NCBI RefSeq assembly: GCF_006345805.1
Contig: NC_043002.1
Span: forward strand, 115,816,001-115,880,000
Source: Octopus sinensis
Lineage: Eukaryota
Reading direction: 5' to 3'
DNA length: 64,000 nt
Shown: positions 40,430-53,161 of the stretch, one piece after another
How positions within the stretch are numbered: the first letter of the stretch is position 1
Layout of the letters: each line of letters starts with the position of its first letter
Made by a program: the position numbers and the translations under genes
Notes under the pieces: model-generated
What the model was told of the DNA's origin: nothing
Seen by the model: only the letters and a program-made list of their open reading frames with translations
Database searches by the model: none

Positions 40430-40630
40430 TTTAACAGAGCATGCTTGCTTCATTTCTTTCCAGTCTTCTCATGTTCTCTGCATTCATGGTTCATGTCTCA
40501 CTACCATGCAGTATTGCAATTCTAATACAAGCATCATACAATCTGCCCTTCAGTCTGAGGGAAAAGACCTCCATTGCCAAATGCGATTGTAGTGGCTTGA
40601 ACTTTCTCCAATCTATTCTTACTCTGGCTG
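40430..40630 (-). mobile_element. Old RTE fragment
   Basis: ARVRIDWRKFKPL..LKGRLYDACIRIAILHGSET in ORF 40491-40796. Confidence 0.75.
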
Positions 40631-40633
40631 TTA

Positions 40634-41296
40634 TATAAGGGGGAAGCCAAAAATTACCTGCACTTTCACCATAACATATTGTCACCCTGCTTTCTGCATA
40701 TGCATGCTCATGGTTGAAATTATTGTGGTCACTTGATTGATGTTTGAGTCTGATTGTCCCTTTTTTCTTCCTGTTTTTTTTTTTCAATGTAAACATTGGC
40801 TGCTCCTCTAACAGGGTGCACCAAAGAAGAACAAAAGGTAGTCATCAGGTTTCTCTGGTCGGAAGGTGTGTCAGGTGCTGAAGTTCATCAGAGGATTTTT
40901 GCACAATACGAGGATAGTGCACTACCATGTAGAAGTATGTATGAGTGGATCAAGAAGTTTAAAAATGACCAGTCAAGTGTGACACACACAGGGAGCAGGA
41001 CACCCATTAACTTCCACCACTGACTAGAAGATTCAGCAAACTTGAGAGATGGTAATGGTGAACCGGTTCACCATTTCCATCTCTCAGATCACTGCTCTTT
41101 GTTCTTCTTTGGCGCACATTGCTAGTGGAGTGGCCATGCTTACGCTGTAAAGCCAAAAAGAAAATGGCGCAATCAGGCTCAAACTTTGATTGCATGACCA
41201 CACTGGAACCATCTATAAGTGCACCTGTGCAGAAGGCAGTGTCATGATAATAAAGATATGTTATGGTGAAGGTGCGGATAATTTTTGACTTCATAC
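40634..41296. mobile_element. Two mariner 5' ends in inverted orientation
   Basis: Both carry the TIR-like AAAAATTAYCYGCAC..CACCATAACATAT and N-termini MAAPLTGCTKEEQKVVIRF (+, 40796) and MATPLAMCAKEEQ (-, about 41137). Confidence 0.7.
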
Positions 41297-42139
41297 CTTT
41301 GGGGCAATTACCTCAGTTTGCTGATCACATCTTTTATGTAGTTACAGCTGTCAACTACTTCTAGTGAGTCATCCAGGCATTCAAAAGAGACTGTTTCCAC
41401 TGACTGTACTTCTCCAGTGCATTTATCACTTCCAAAACTTATTTATGTCCACTATTAATCTGCTTGTAATTCTGCTACATCTCTTGTGTTCATAGTTTAC
41501 ATTGGATACAATGTATAGAATTTATACCTAATATTGAGCAAGACTATTTTTCCTGAAGGCACCAGGATCTGGTATTCTTTCCTACTCACTAAAACCTTCA
41601 TTTTTACTAACTTGACCTTAAGATGACTTGATTCTAGGTTTGGCTTCCATACCTGGAATTTCTTCTCTAATTCCCCACAAAACTTTGGAATAAATAAAGT
41701 TATAATGAATATTAGACTTTACAGTTGTCTAATATGTACCAATTAATGTTAATGTGTATGGATTTATATAATTTTGATTTGTATATAGTAAATTATTGTA
41801 TCTTTACATGAGTTGAAGGGGACATAACTCTCTGGAAGGAAAGTGAACTCGATTCAGTAAATAGAAATAGATAAAATGAATATTGACGACTGGGATTAGT
41901 CAATATCATTACATATATCAAAAGTCTTACAAATTTAGCCACAGCGCCCTGTATGTCAGTGACTGAGATATAATTAGATATAATTGTGGTGCACCTGAGC
42001 ACGGTATACAATAATTTCATTATTATTATTATTATTATGTCTACATAACATCTCAATTTATCATTAACTGCAGAAAGCAGTTTTTTATACCAGATTTGAA
42101 ACTATTTTTTGTCAAGGTATGTGAAGTTTATTGAGGCAA

Positions 42140-42600
42140 AATGACTTGCAGAAAAACTAATTTTATTTCTTGGTAGATTTTTATTGTCTTTATTGGAATA
42201 ACCACGAAATTTAATCTCACAGTTAAACAGTTCCATTGAAATTCCTTGAAAGATATACACATGATGTTCTACCCAGCACATAGTAATCCGTGGGATTACA
42301 ATCGGGAAATGAGGAAGCCAGAAATTGGGGCTGCTGAAGTTGTACCAATTCTCCAACTTCTCCACTTCTGACTCTTTCTAGAGGCAAGGAACTTTATTCT
42401 GCTGCCACACACAAGGCCTTCGAACAGCAGCTCTCTCTGGCTAAGGTTTGACCATAGTCACCAGCACCTTCACATAGCCATTTTCAATCAAGGGCCCTGT
42501 TCAAAGACGTGGGGTGGCATGATGTCTTTCTTACTGAAGACACAATCCAAAGACCATCACAGTTTCAAGAACTCTGTTTTCATGATGTTCATCTCATGTC
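42140..42600 (-). mobile_element. maT/DD37D Tc1-mariner transposase fragment
   Basis: Frameshifted remnants IMPPHVFEQG, RPCVWQQ and PDCNPTDYYV, corresponding to SPDCNPMDYYVW. Confidence 0.7.
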
Positions 42601-42719
42601 TTACAGCCTTTATGGTGCTTAGAGCAGCAGTTATAATGTTGGCATTTTGATGCCAGTGCAAATTATGATGATGCAGGTAATTCTTCCAAGAAAAAGACAA
42701 AAAAATCAAGTTTATCTCA

Positions 42720-42925
42720 CACACTGTAGTTATATGTGTGTGTGTGTGTATGTGTATATATGTATATGTATAAATGTGTATGTATATATGTATGCATATG
42801 TGTGTGTTTGTGTATGCATGTGTATGTGCATGAGTCTTTTTTGTGTGTGTGTATGTTTGTGTTTGCGTGTGCGTGTGTGCATGCAAGTGTGTATGTATGC
42901 ACGTGTGTGTGTGTGTATACATGTA
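42720..42925. repeat. Compound (TG/TA)n microsatellite
   Basis: Direct inspection; source of spurious CVCV and HTHT ORFs. Confidence 0.95.
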
Positions 42926-42998
42926 TTGTATTTTTTCTTACATTCTGAAACACTTTACTATTCATATTTTAATTTCTCTTAAATGTTTTGTTTTGTAG

Positions 42999-43177
42999 GA
43001 AGAAGAATTAAAAAAAGCTGTTTTAATGATATTTGCTAACAAACAGGATATTGAAGGTGCAATGACAGTTAGTGAAGTTAGCACTGCTTTAGGGCTTCAT
43101 GCCTTGAAAAACTGGAAACATCAAATTCTAAAGACCTCTGCTATAAACGGAGTTGGCTTAGAGGAAGGAATGGAATG
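42999..43177 (+). CDS. ARL1: ARL1 coding exon 5 (NKQD G4 and TSA G5 motifs)
   Basis: ttttgtag acceptor and gtatgt donor, 179 nt, encodes [59 protein letters not shown](W). Confidence 0.97.
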
Positions 43178-43462
43178 GTATGTATATTTTCTGTTTTTCA
43201 TTTTCCTTTTCTAGCATGGATAGAATGGTTTTGACATATTGAATGTGGATGTCTTTCTTATGGCTAACCACTCTGTTATTCATTTAGAAATGGAAAGTTA
43301 TGCATCTTCCATAGCGACACAACAAAATGGATGGGGAAATGTTTCCATTTATGACCATCGAGCCAGTTGTTTGATATGCTAATCTTACTGTTATTTCCCC
43401 CTATAGCTTTTGTAATTTAAGTATATTATTCACTCTTTTGGGTATGCATTGGTAATATTCAA

Positions 43463-43673
43463 CCCTTTAGCATTTAAATTGGTCATATCTGGCCCAAAGA
43501 TCCTATCTGTTTTACATTCTGACCAGATCCAGCTCTCACACCTACCCTACAATGTCATTCTAAAGATAAACAAATATATTATCAATATCTGAATGCTTTG
43601 AGAGAATGCATGATGAATTTTTTTAAATGCGAATAAGCATTACATTTGACAGAATAATCTGAATGCTAAAGAC
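43463..43673. mobile_element. piggyBac-type TTAA MITE, opposite orientation to the 20833 copy
   Basis: CCCTTTAGCATT...AATCTGAATGCTAAAGAC|TTAA termini. Confidence 0.7.
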
Positions 43674-44363
43674 TTAATTTTTGTAGCTGTTTAATAAACG
43701 TTTTAGTTGAAATTAATATATTCATGTAAGAAAAGTAAATACTTTGTGAAAGCTGCTTTCTATGCTTATGGAATGAAGTAAGCAAAAATAATATGATAGA
43801 GGTTTTGAAAATAGACCAATATGCATAACTTCATCTTCTGTGAGGTTTATCTTTGTCTGTAGATGCATCTTGCATCCACCATAAGATTGCATTGTGTCCA
43901 GATTTAGATCAGCAAAGTATTCTTTCCTTCCAGGAATGCTCTTCTCTGTAGAAGGAAGAACCCCAAAGTGTGTAGACTGTAGATGAGGAAGTTTCTCCGG
44001 TCAAGCCAAATACCTCTATGCATTGAGAGGTCACAGCTCTAGTACTACAGATATGTGATTTAAATGTTGCTGAAAAGAACCACAAGATAGATTCTTCAAG
44101 CTGAGCCAACCAGCGGGAGACCTAGGGGAAACCAAGAATAAGACGGTTGGATAATATCCTTAGTGTCAATTTGCCATGCTTAGGAATCCAGCCTCAAAGT
44201 CTAATGATGATACTTCTGATAGGACCCTATAGAAGAGGTGTCTGAGGACTCTGCCCCCATGACTTTCCCTGGAATAGTGGGCAGAGAAGATGGATTGATA
44301 TGTATTTTTTTTTTTGGTTATACATATGAATCAATAATAAGGTTGAAATCATTAAAGAAACTA

Positions 44364-45585
44364 TGAGGGTGGACTGAGAAGTTCATAGGCTGACTATGCA
44401 AGAGTAATGCTAGAGCTATAAAATCTTGCATACATTAATTTCAACTCTTCTGACATCTGACTGTTCAAAGAAGACTTCAAAAGTAACTAGTTGCAACTTT
44501 TCTTGAAAATGGGCAAAATTTGGCATTGAGTGTTTTCAATTATCTGCAAGAAAAGGGTTTAGCCTTTAAGGACATTCATGCCAATATGGTTGCTATATTA
44601 GGGGATGACACTGCAGTTTAGCCAACTGTGCAAAATTGGGCAGGAGAATTTTGGAGTGGAAGGGGCGAATCTTGAAGGTGACTCAAAGTCTTGGACGTCC
44701 TGCAACTGCTATCACTGAGGAAAACATTGATTATGTTCAATTGCACATAACAATTGCTATTAACATAATCTGTGAGTGAGTTGAGAAAATTCTGCTCAAT
44801 GATTTTGGCATGATGGTTTCTGCATGGTGAGTGCCATTTCTTCTGGCATCTAATCATGGGCACACAAGGCTGATCACATCATGGGAAGATCTGACATTGT
44901 TTGAGGCAGACTTAGCTGGTTTCCTAGAACATTTCCTAATCCAAGATAAGTAATGGGTCCATCACTTTGAGTTAGAGGCAATCCATGCAGTGAAAACACC
45001 CTTCCTTATCTGCTCCCCCCCCAAAAAAAAGGGCCATGGTTGTTTCATATGCAGGGAATGTGATGGCTTCAGCCTTTTGGGATGCAAAAGGCATTATGTT
45101 TATTGACTATCTTCAGGAGGGTCACACCATCAATGGAGATTATTATGCCAACATGCTGAGGCAGTTACAAAAAGGCTATCAAGACCAAATTGTCAGAAAA
45201 ACTGACAAAATGGATTTTGTTTCATCAGGACAATTCTCCAGCACACAAATCCTTGATTTCAATGGCTGCTATGTGTGACTATGGCTTTAAACTGGTTGAT
45301 CACCCTCCCTATTCTGATTTGGCCCTATCTGTTCCCTGACATAAAAAAAAAAACCTACTTGGCCGAGAACCAATATCACAGTTGTGATGACATCATATCT
45401 GCGCTGTTGATGACTTCGTTTGACCAACAGGATGAAAGCTTCTTCATCAAAGGGATCCAAGCACTGCAACACCAATGGAAGAAATGTGTGGACTGCAAGG
45501 AGGGCCATGTTGAAAAATAAACCTCATTTGGTCATATTCCATGAGAGTGTCTTGATCAGCCTATGAACTTTTCAGCCAACCCTCA
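44364..45585 (+). mobile_element. Full-length decayed mariner (about 1.2 kb)
   Basis: TA|TGAGGGTGGACTGAGAAGTTCATAGGCTGA and TCAGCCTATGAACTTTTCAGCCAACCCTCA|TA TIRs; VMASAFWDAKGIMFIDYLQEGHTINGDYYANMLRQL. Confidence 0.92.
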
Positions 45586-45859
45586 TAATTTTGACTATTA
45601 CCTTGCTATCACAAACTAAAATTATTTGACCAATACCTCATGACTGCCTCACACTCATTTTTATTCCATTCTCTAATGGCACTGAGCTATTAATGAAGCT
45701 GCCACAGATTTTAATCATAATTCCACTTGTATAGCATTCACCTCATTCATCCCTCCCTCTTTTGTTTCTTGATTATCAACCTCTTTGTTCATTTTTTTTT
45801 GTCTTCTTCATACAGAAATATTTTCTGAGAATGATATCTCTATATATAAGAAAAGAAAA

Positions 45860-46190
45860 TGGTACTCTGTTGGTTATAACAATGAGGATTCCACTTGATC
45901 TGATCAATGGAACAGCCTGCTCATAAAATTAACGTGCAAATTGCTGAACACTCCTCAGACATGCATACTCTTAATGTATTTCTTGAGGAGGAGATTCAAC
46001 ATGACACAGAATGTGACAAAGCTGGCTCTTTGAAATGCAAGTACCACTCGCTTTTTCCAACACAGTGGACTGGAGTAACATGAAATCAAGTGTCTTGTTC
46101 AAGGACACATCAAACCACTGGAATTAAACTCACAGCCTTATGACCGTGAGCTGAATACCCTAACCACTAAGCCATGTTCCTCCACATAGA
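45860..46190 (-). mobile_element. tRNA-derived SINE
   Basis: Reverse-complement head catggcttagtggttaggg and core gtgtccttgaacaagacac. Confidence 0.6.
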
Positions 46191-46784
46191 TATATATATA
46201 AACTAGTCAATAATAAAACTTGTTTTTTATCGGAGATGGAATTAGTTTTTTATGAATGCATTTAATTGCTGTTTGCAGATTTGCCTTTAGATTTCCCCTA
46301 TCCCTCCATACACTTACTTCATGGAATAGAACAGTTTTTAGTTTTGTCTATTGTACTAATACTTAAGGTGTATTAGATACAAAATTGCTTAAACCAGAAA
46401 AACCACATAAACCTCATTAATTCATACATAATTAATTTTCGCCTCCTTATATTATCAATACAATTAGGTACACATACTGTTAGAGGCTATACATTATACA
46501 TGTTTTTAAGCTTTCAACATACTTTTTCCTTTTATAAACTTGTTCAGGATTATTGTTATATAGCTTCCTGCAATAGTTGGCCATCACACCTTCATTTCAA
46601 AATCTCTGCTCTCCTGTTTCCATTGCATGACTATCTTGCTAGAATCATTCTCCTTCTTCATCACTTACTACATCAATTTTTGGAGAAAAGATCTAGATGG
46701 TAATATAGGAAATGTATTTTTAATGAAATCTGACTACCCATTTCTTTGCAGGCATCAAAGTCTCAATTTCACCTCTATTTGCAG

Positions 46785-47400
46785 TGGATTTATTATTTTC
46801 CAGAGAATTTTTGCAAAACCACTTTGAATCACAAGATCTTCCTGATTTGTGGCCCTACAAAAATTACTCCTTGTAACTGTACTGTACTCACATTTGGAAA
46901 TTTTTTTTAAGGAAAAGTATTGAAATTCTCTAGAGTCAACTTTTACAAAATTTTTCATTAAACTTGTTTAATAGGGAGAGGAGGTAGAGTATCTTCTTGG
47001 GATCAACTAAAGGAACCGATTGGGCTTTGGGGGTTATGTTGATTTCAGTGGCCTGACAGGGTTAATATAATGGTCTGTGGACCACAACATCCACATGTCT
47101 TGTACGCATAAGAAACGACACCATTTGATTAGTTTTAAGATACATCTTGTAGATGTTCAGGGATGCATCATCAGTGATGTTTCTGGGGTCTCAGAGTTTT
47201 GGGTCTTTCATTATCAGCTCCCTTAATGCACTTGACACAGTTAAGTCAATTCAAGAGAATTTCAATACTTTTACTTAAAAAGTTCCAAATGGGAGTGCAA
47301 CAAAAGTTAAAGGGAGTAAATTTTATAGGGCCACAAATCAGGAAGATATTTTGATTTGAAGTGATTTTGCAAAAGCTCTTTGAGGAACTAATATATCTTC
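46785..47400. mobile_element. Element with about 160-bp inverted repeats (MITE/foldback-like)
   Basis: atcttcctgatttgtggcccta..aaaagtattgaaattctc at 46835-46932 is inverted at 47255-47350. Confidence 0.75.
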
Positions 47401-48442
47401 TTTGTTTGCTCATCAGCATGCCAGTAACTTTGAGATTTCCGCAGATATTTCATTATTGAACATGGTACTGAATGTTATCAAGCAGTATATCCATGCTATC
47501 ATATGTCTTTTTTAGATGGTCAGAGTAGGCAATGGAGATGCATGGATTAACACTCATTATTCTGTAGAACTGCTTTCAAACTTTTGATACTGAATCAGTG
47601 AAAACGTGTCAGTCAGATTCTATATTTTTCCTGAGGAACGTTTATCTAGAGTTTATTGTTATTGCTTTATCAATGTAGAATATCATCATCATTTAACATT
47701 ATTTTTTCATAATTGCAAGGGTTGGACATACTGTAAAGTATATTGCCTAATTAAAATTTTGATAGTGACTCAACTGCACATTTTTATTAAGTAGCTTATC
47801 AGTTTTTAGTTTGAAGCAAGAGGCTCTGCATTCTTTTGAAATAGAATGTCTCTAAAATCAAATGCGCTTGAGTAAATAACTTTGGCTCCTAATTTTCTAC
47901 GGGTATTTACTCAGAATCTGTAGAAAGTTTAGCACCTCCAACTTCACCACCAACCATATGATCATATCTGAAAGCTAGTCCATTGGGGTGAAGGTCTATA
48001 TATTGCATGCAAGTTTGGATAGGCAGACTTGTAGAGTCTTAGCTTATGTTAACATTATGAAAATAGTGTTCTCTCCATATTATGTCTGACAAACAACATT
48101 GATCATCTTTTTATGTGCAACCAAACATGTATCCTGCTTGTATAAACAACAGATTTGATATGATACTGCTTGTCTTGGCTACGTTTTGTATACCAAAGTA
48201 TATCTGGTATATTTTTGATATATTTGGATATGATTCATGGTAATAGTTCATCCCTGTGTCTTAGTTGTATAAATACCATAAACATAGCAAAAAAGGTCTG
48301 GATGACTTTTTAATTTGATTAAGTGACAATAATTTTAACACATATTCTGAAAAATACAAAATATCATGCTATATTTAAGAGATGAGGAATTATATACATT
48401 ATTTACAATTGACGGATATTTGTCCTCCTTTTGTTTGTTGTT

Positions 48443-48485
48443 AACACGTTTCGGCTGATATACCCTCCAGCCTTCATCAGGTGTC
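48443..48485 (-). ncRNA. Second copy of the same hammerhead motif, with a 2-nt deletion at the cleavage site
   Basis: gacac CTGATGA a GGCTG-gagggtatat-CAGCC GAAACGT gtt. Confidence 0.55.
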
Positions 48486-48684
48486 TTGGGGAAATTTCGA
48501 ACCTGGGTTCTCATTCCTAAGGTATTTTTTGATACGGGCATAGTGGTTATGGGCACAGCCTACTAACCACAAGATTCCGAGTTCGATTCCAGGCAGTGAC
48601 CTGAATAATAATAATAATAATAATAATAACAACAACATCAAAAAATACCTTAGGAATGAGAGCCCAGGTTCGAAATTTTCCCAA

Positions 48685-48730
48685 GATACCTGATGAAGGC
48701 TGGAGGGTATATCAGCTGAAACGTTGTGTT
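48685..48730 (+). ncRNA. Minimal type I hammerhead ribozyme motif
   Basis: gatac CTGATGA a GGCTG-gagggtatat-CAGCT GAAA CG T T gtgtt: core, helix II, ACGT palindromic helix III, NUH = GUU, helix I gatac/gtgtt. Confidence 0.7.
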
Positions 48731-48818
48731 AACAACAAACAAGATGAGGACAATCATCTGTCATTTGGAAATGATGTAAATAAAATACAAAATATTTTGA
48801 ATATAATAGAGAAATTCT

Positions 48819-48971
48819 CAGGAGTGGCTGCGTGGTAAGAAGCTTGATTCCCAACCACATGGTTCTGGGTTCAATCCTACTGTGAGGCATCTTGAGCAAG
48901 TGTCTTCTGTGTCCTCGGGCTGACCAAAGCCTTGTGAATGGATTTAGTAGAGGGAAACTAAAAGAAGCCCG

Positions 48972-49017
<46 letters not shown>

Positions 49018-49190
49018 GTGTGTGTGTGTGTGTGTCTGTGTTTGTCCCTGTAACTTAGCAGTTTGACTAAAGAGACTGATAGAATAAGTAGCAGGCTTTA
49101 AAAATAAATACTGAGGTTGATTCAGTCCACTAAAAATCCAAGGCGTTGCCCCAGCATTGCCGCAGTCCAATGACTGAAACAAAAGATAAA
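48819..49190 (+). mobile_element. tRNA-derived SINE, 63137 family
   Basis: Head, core, central TA/TG microsatellite and tail all present. Confidence 0.85.
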
Positions 49191-49214
49191 AGTTAAATTT
49201 CAATAGTTCTTCAA

Positions 49215-49681
49215 CCTTTTAGCATTCAGATTATTCTGTCAAATGTAAAGCTTATGCATTCATCATCATCATCATCATCGTTTAACGTCCGCTTTCCATG
49301 CTGGCATGGGTTGAACGGTTTGACTGGGGTCTGGGAAGCCCAAAGGCTGCACCAAGCCAGTCAGATCTGGCAGTGTTTCTACAGCTGGATGCCCTTCCTA
49401 ACACCAACCACTCCGAGAGTGTAGTGGCTGATTTTATGTGCCACCGACACAGGTGCCAGACGCACCATTTTAAATTAATCATGCATTATTTCATGGCTTT
49501 GAGATTTCCAGTTGTGGTGCACCTGAGCACTGTATACAATGATTTCATTATTATTATTATTATTATTATTATGTGATTGTTTATTTTTAAAATGACATTG
49601 TAAGGTCGCTATGAAGACCATATCTGACCAGTTTGAAGATAACACAGAATATTGGATATTGTTGGTTTAAATACTAAAGGG
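49215..49681. mobile_element. piggyBac-type MITE carrying two nested retro-fragments
   Basis: Both MITE ends present. Contains an RTE 3' end (49259-49460, minus) and a short ATT-tailed fragment (about 49510-49570) also seen at about 41985. Confidence 0.75.
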
Positions 49682-50088
49682 ATGAAGCTAAAAATACTAT
49701 CTTGTCCCTCACCCCCAAATCATCTCAGAGATTCTTTGTTGGCTGGTGTTTATCGTAAATTTAGTTATTAACAACTTAAAATATTTTTATTGTTTTTAAT
49801 ATATCCATTAAAAAAAAAATTTTTCTTCAAACCTCTAGGTTTTGGCTTTTTGTTTAACCTTTTAGTATGTATTGCAAATTTTAGAAGTTTCAAAGAACTG
49901 AGACTTTGAATGCTTACGATAATGGAAATGAAGTGGAAAATTCAATCTTGTAATGAAAATGGATCAAATAACATTTGGAGATTTATATATTTTGTAAAAC
50001 AATGCAAATATTGTATAAATGATGTATTAATTTTATTTTGTTATCTTACAGATCTGATTATTACTTGATTCTTTTTTTTTCTTTTCAG

Positions 50089-50119
50089 GTTAGCTAATGC
50101 TCTAACACAACAGGGATAA
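50089..50119 (+). CDS. ARL1: ARL1 terminal coding exon 6
   Basis: Long pyrimidine tract plus cag acceptor, 31 nt, encodes (W)LANALTQQG*. Total CDS is 4+135+82+112+179+31 = 543 nt = 180 aa plus stop. Confidence 0.92.
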
Positions 50120-50724
50120 TTTACTCAGTGTTGTTAACAACTCATTATTGTAAATGGAAATCATTTGTTTGTAGATGCCATTTTGTCAAACTTATGGATA
50201 AATACTTCTACTGCTGCTTCTGCCCACATAATTTCCTGTTCAATGTATCATTTTTATCTCCATATTTTTGACTGCTCATCTTTTAGTAGATCATAGCTGT
50301 GCAGCAGGTAAAGTTTTCCATGATACAATTAACGGTGTCTGCTCATAGTTTATACGTTCCATATATGCATACAGTTAAGCTGTGTCTATATATATCCATG
50401 TTTGTTGAGGGCGTGTAGTAAAAGGTTTTAACCTAACATTGTATAAAAGATTCTTCTTGGTAAATAATGTTTAAACTACTTTCCACATGAATATTTAGAA
50501 AAAGTTACTTTACAGGCATATTTGTTCAGTTTGGAATTTGCATATTCCAAATTTGTGTAACTAATAAGAATAGGTAAGCATCAGCATATAAATTTCGATT
50601 ATCAAAATGTTTTAACAGTTTGTTTAAAGACTTTTCTCCTGAATATAAGTTTTGAATTAATTTAGAATACTTCAAAATTTTCTTTATTGTATTTAAAGAC
50701 TGGGTCTAAATTATTTTTTTTTTT

Positions 50725-50730
50725 AATAAA
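50725..50730 (+). terminator. Candidate ARL1 polyadenylation signal
   Basis: AATAAA about 600 nt after the stop, with a T-rich tract at about 50760. Other AATAAA hexamers occur further downstream. Confidence 0.3.
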
Positions 50731-52955
50731 CTATGGCTTATCAAAATAGTGAAATACTATTTTTTTTTTTTTTTAATTGTTATAAGTAGTTCAGTCTTGG
50801 TGCCATCTTCATTTGCTGACGAGATAATGATAATTAGGTGTGTCCAAGAGGTGCATGCGTATGTATTCACACAAATTCACAAAAATTTTCTTTTTAACAC
50901 TACATCTTCTATTTAGTAATCTATCTATCTCTATATATATTGATTACTAATTAATAAATTATTATGAGACAATTTAATTTCAATAATCATTAACTAAATA
51001 TTGATCTATTAACTACAAACACTATTATACAAAGATTATAATAAATATAATCAACATTACTTTAAAAACATCACTTTTCAAGGATATCTTGTGTGACTGT
51101 TCATATTAAAATAGTTCAAGAGGATGTTATTTATACTTGTGGTCCCAGTTTCTCTCCACAACATTGATAATAAGGGTAGGATGTGTCTTACTATTTTCCT
51201 TCATCTATGGAAATTTGAACATTGCTAAACTATCTTCTGAATAAATTAAATTCTTATAATAACCAATAGATGGTATTTTGTTTTAGTTTATATTTCCTTA
51301 AATATAACTGCAATGCTAGTTGGGATATAATTATCAATGTTTGTCTATTGTTTCATTTTTTTTTTATTTACCATATAATGTCATTGAAATAATTTATTGT
51401 ACTTTCTTTCTTAAAAATGTGTTCGTAAAAAGCAGTGCTTGATTAATGACAGTAATTATTAACTATAAGTATTTTTGTTAGACTGTCATTAAAATTATTT
51501 GATTTCAATGTTTAATGGAACACAATACAAATCTGGATATTTTTTGTGGTCACTTTTTAATAAATATATTGAAAAACCTATTCCAGTTCATTGCTTTTAT
51601 TTCTCTGGTAATTTTGAAAATGTTATATCTAGAAATGTTCTATAATGGCTATTCATTTAAAACTCTTTTAAATCTTAAAGTAACATTAAAAAAAAACTTT
51701 TAATAATATTGTGTATAATTATGGTGTAACAATCAGGTTCAATAAATAAGATGGTAAATAAAAACTAATATTGCAATTTTCAGTTTGTTAATTAGCAGAG
51801 GGTGAGCTCAGCAAAGTACCATATGTAATGTGGACCAGTCAGAACAGTGTTCACATAAAAAATAAATAAAATAAAAACATAAAACCTGATAAACTGTGTC
51901 CAAAATTCTCACCACTGTATATAATTATCTGAAAGTATTTAGGCCACAATAGTATTCCTGAGTGTCTATAAATAAATAAATACATATATATATACATTAC
52001 TACATTTTGTCTACTAGTAAATTGCTTGACGGTAAACCTCCAAACAAGTAAATTTAACATTAATGGTGTGCTTTTGGGTGGGTAATCCCTGTGAAAATGG
52101 TGATATGTTCTGTAGCATACAGTGTGCGAGGGACTTACTTCACTAATGTGATTGACTGTGTAAAGATGGTCAATAGAGAAGTGTGGAAAAGTCAATTTGC
52201 TCTTTGTTTTAAAATACTGTGATTTGCTTATAAACAGAATAATCTAAAGATTCGTTCATTGCTTAGTTGATCACTGGTGAAGAGTCAGGAGTCTTATCAC
52301 AGTTGAAGTAGGGAACTTATTGGTCTAATCTGGACACTGGTATTAGTAGTAAACAATAATAAAGTTATGCATAGTATGAAACTTACAAGCTTGTGTACAA
52401 GAACTTAGAAGGTTTGATGTATTATAAGTGAAGTTGAAATTTTTGTCCTATGTTAGTCTCTTCTTAGACATGTAATTGCATAGGATCTAATAGACACAAA
52501 ACTATTACTTATAGTAATGAGCTTAATTTTCCTTGAATATTGGTTTCGAATTTTGGTGCAAGGCCAGTAATTTCAGGGAGAAGGTAAGTGAATTACATCA
52601 ACTCCCAGTGCTCAACTGGTACTTAATTTATCGACCCCGAAAGGATGAAAGGCAAAGTCAACCTTGGCGGAATTAAAATGTAAAGACAAACAGTGCCACT
52701 AAGTAATTTGCCTGGTGTGCTATCAATTCTGCCAGCTCACTGCCTGAAATTTTCCTTGAATATTACCAAGCCTATGCCTGATGCACACGGCCCAATGAAT
52801 GTTTCACATTGATCATGTAGGAAGCTTTCGACTCCTTTGATACACTTGATTATTGATAACAAACTAAACTGACTATTGTTGCTCTTTATAAGAGGGAGAG
52901 TATTAGAGTTTTATGAACATGGCTTTAGTGTGCCATAGATAGGTGATTTAATATA

Positions 52956-53161
52956 CGATGGTGTGCTGAAAAGTTCCTGGCTTTGGGTAAAAGAAAATAC
53001 ATGAGGTTCAGATTTTATTCAACATATTCCTCTCTCAGATTCACACACTTATTGCAGCAGTCCTTCAGTTTTTCTAAACCCTTTAAAAGAACTCAGAAGG
53101 TTGGGCCTCCAACCAGGCCTTTCACAATTCCCTTAAAGCCAGGAACTTTTCAGCCCCACTG
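52956..53161. mobile_element. 206-bp mariner-derived MITE
   Basis: TA|CGATGGTGTGCTGAAAAGTTCCTGGCTTT and AAAGCCAGGAACTTTTCAGCCCCACTG|TA. Confidence 0.88.

Larger units (their letters stand above)
48400..48790. mobile_element. Penelope-associated non-autonomous element: inverted repeats around a tRNA-like head
   Basis: 48400-48534 is the reverse complement of 48638-48775. The spacer holds TAGTGGTTA (A box), GAGTTCGATTCC (B box) and (TAA)n. Confidence 0.75.
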
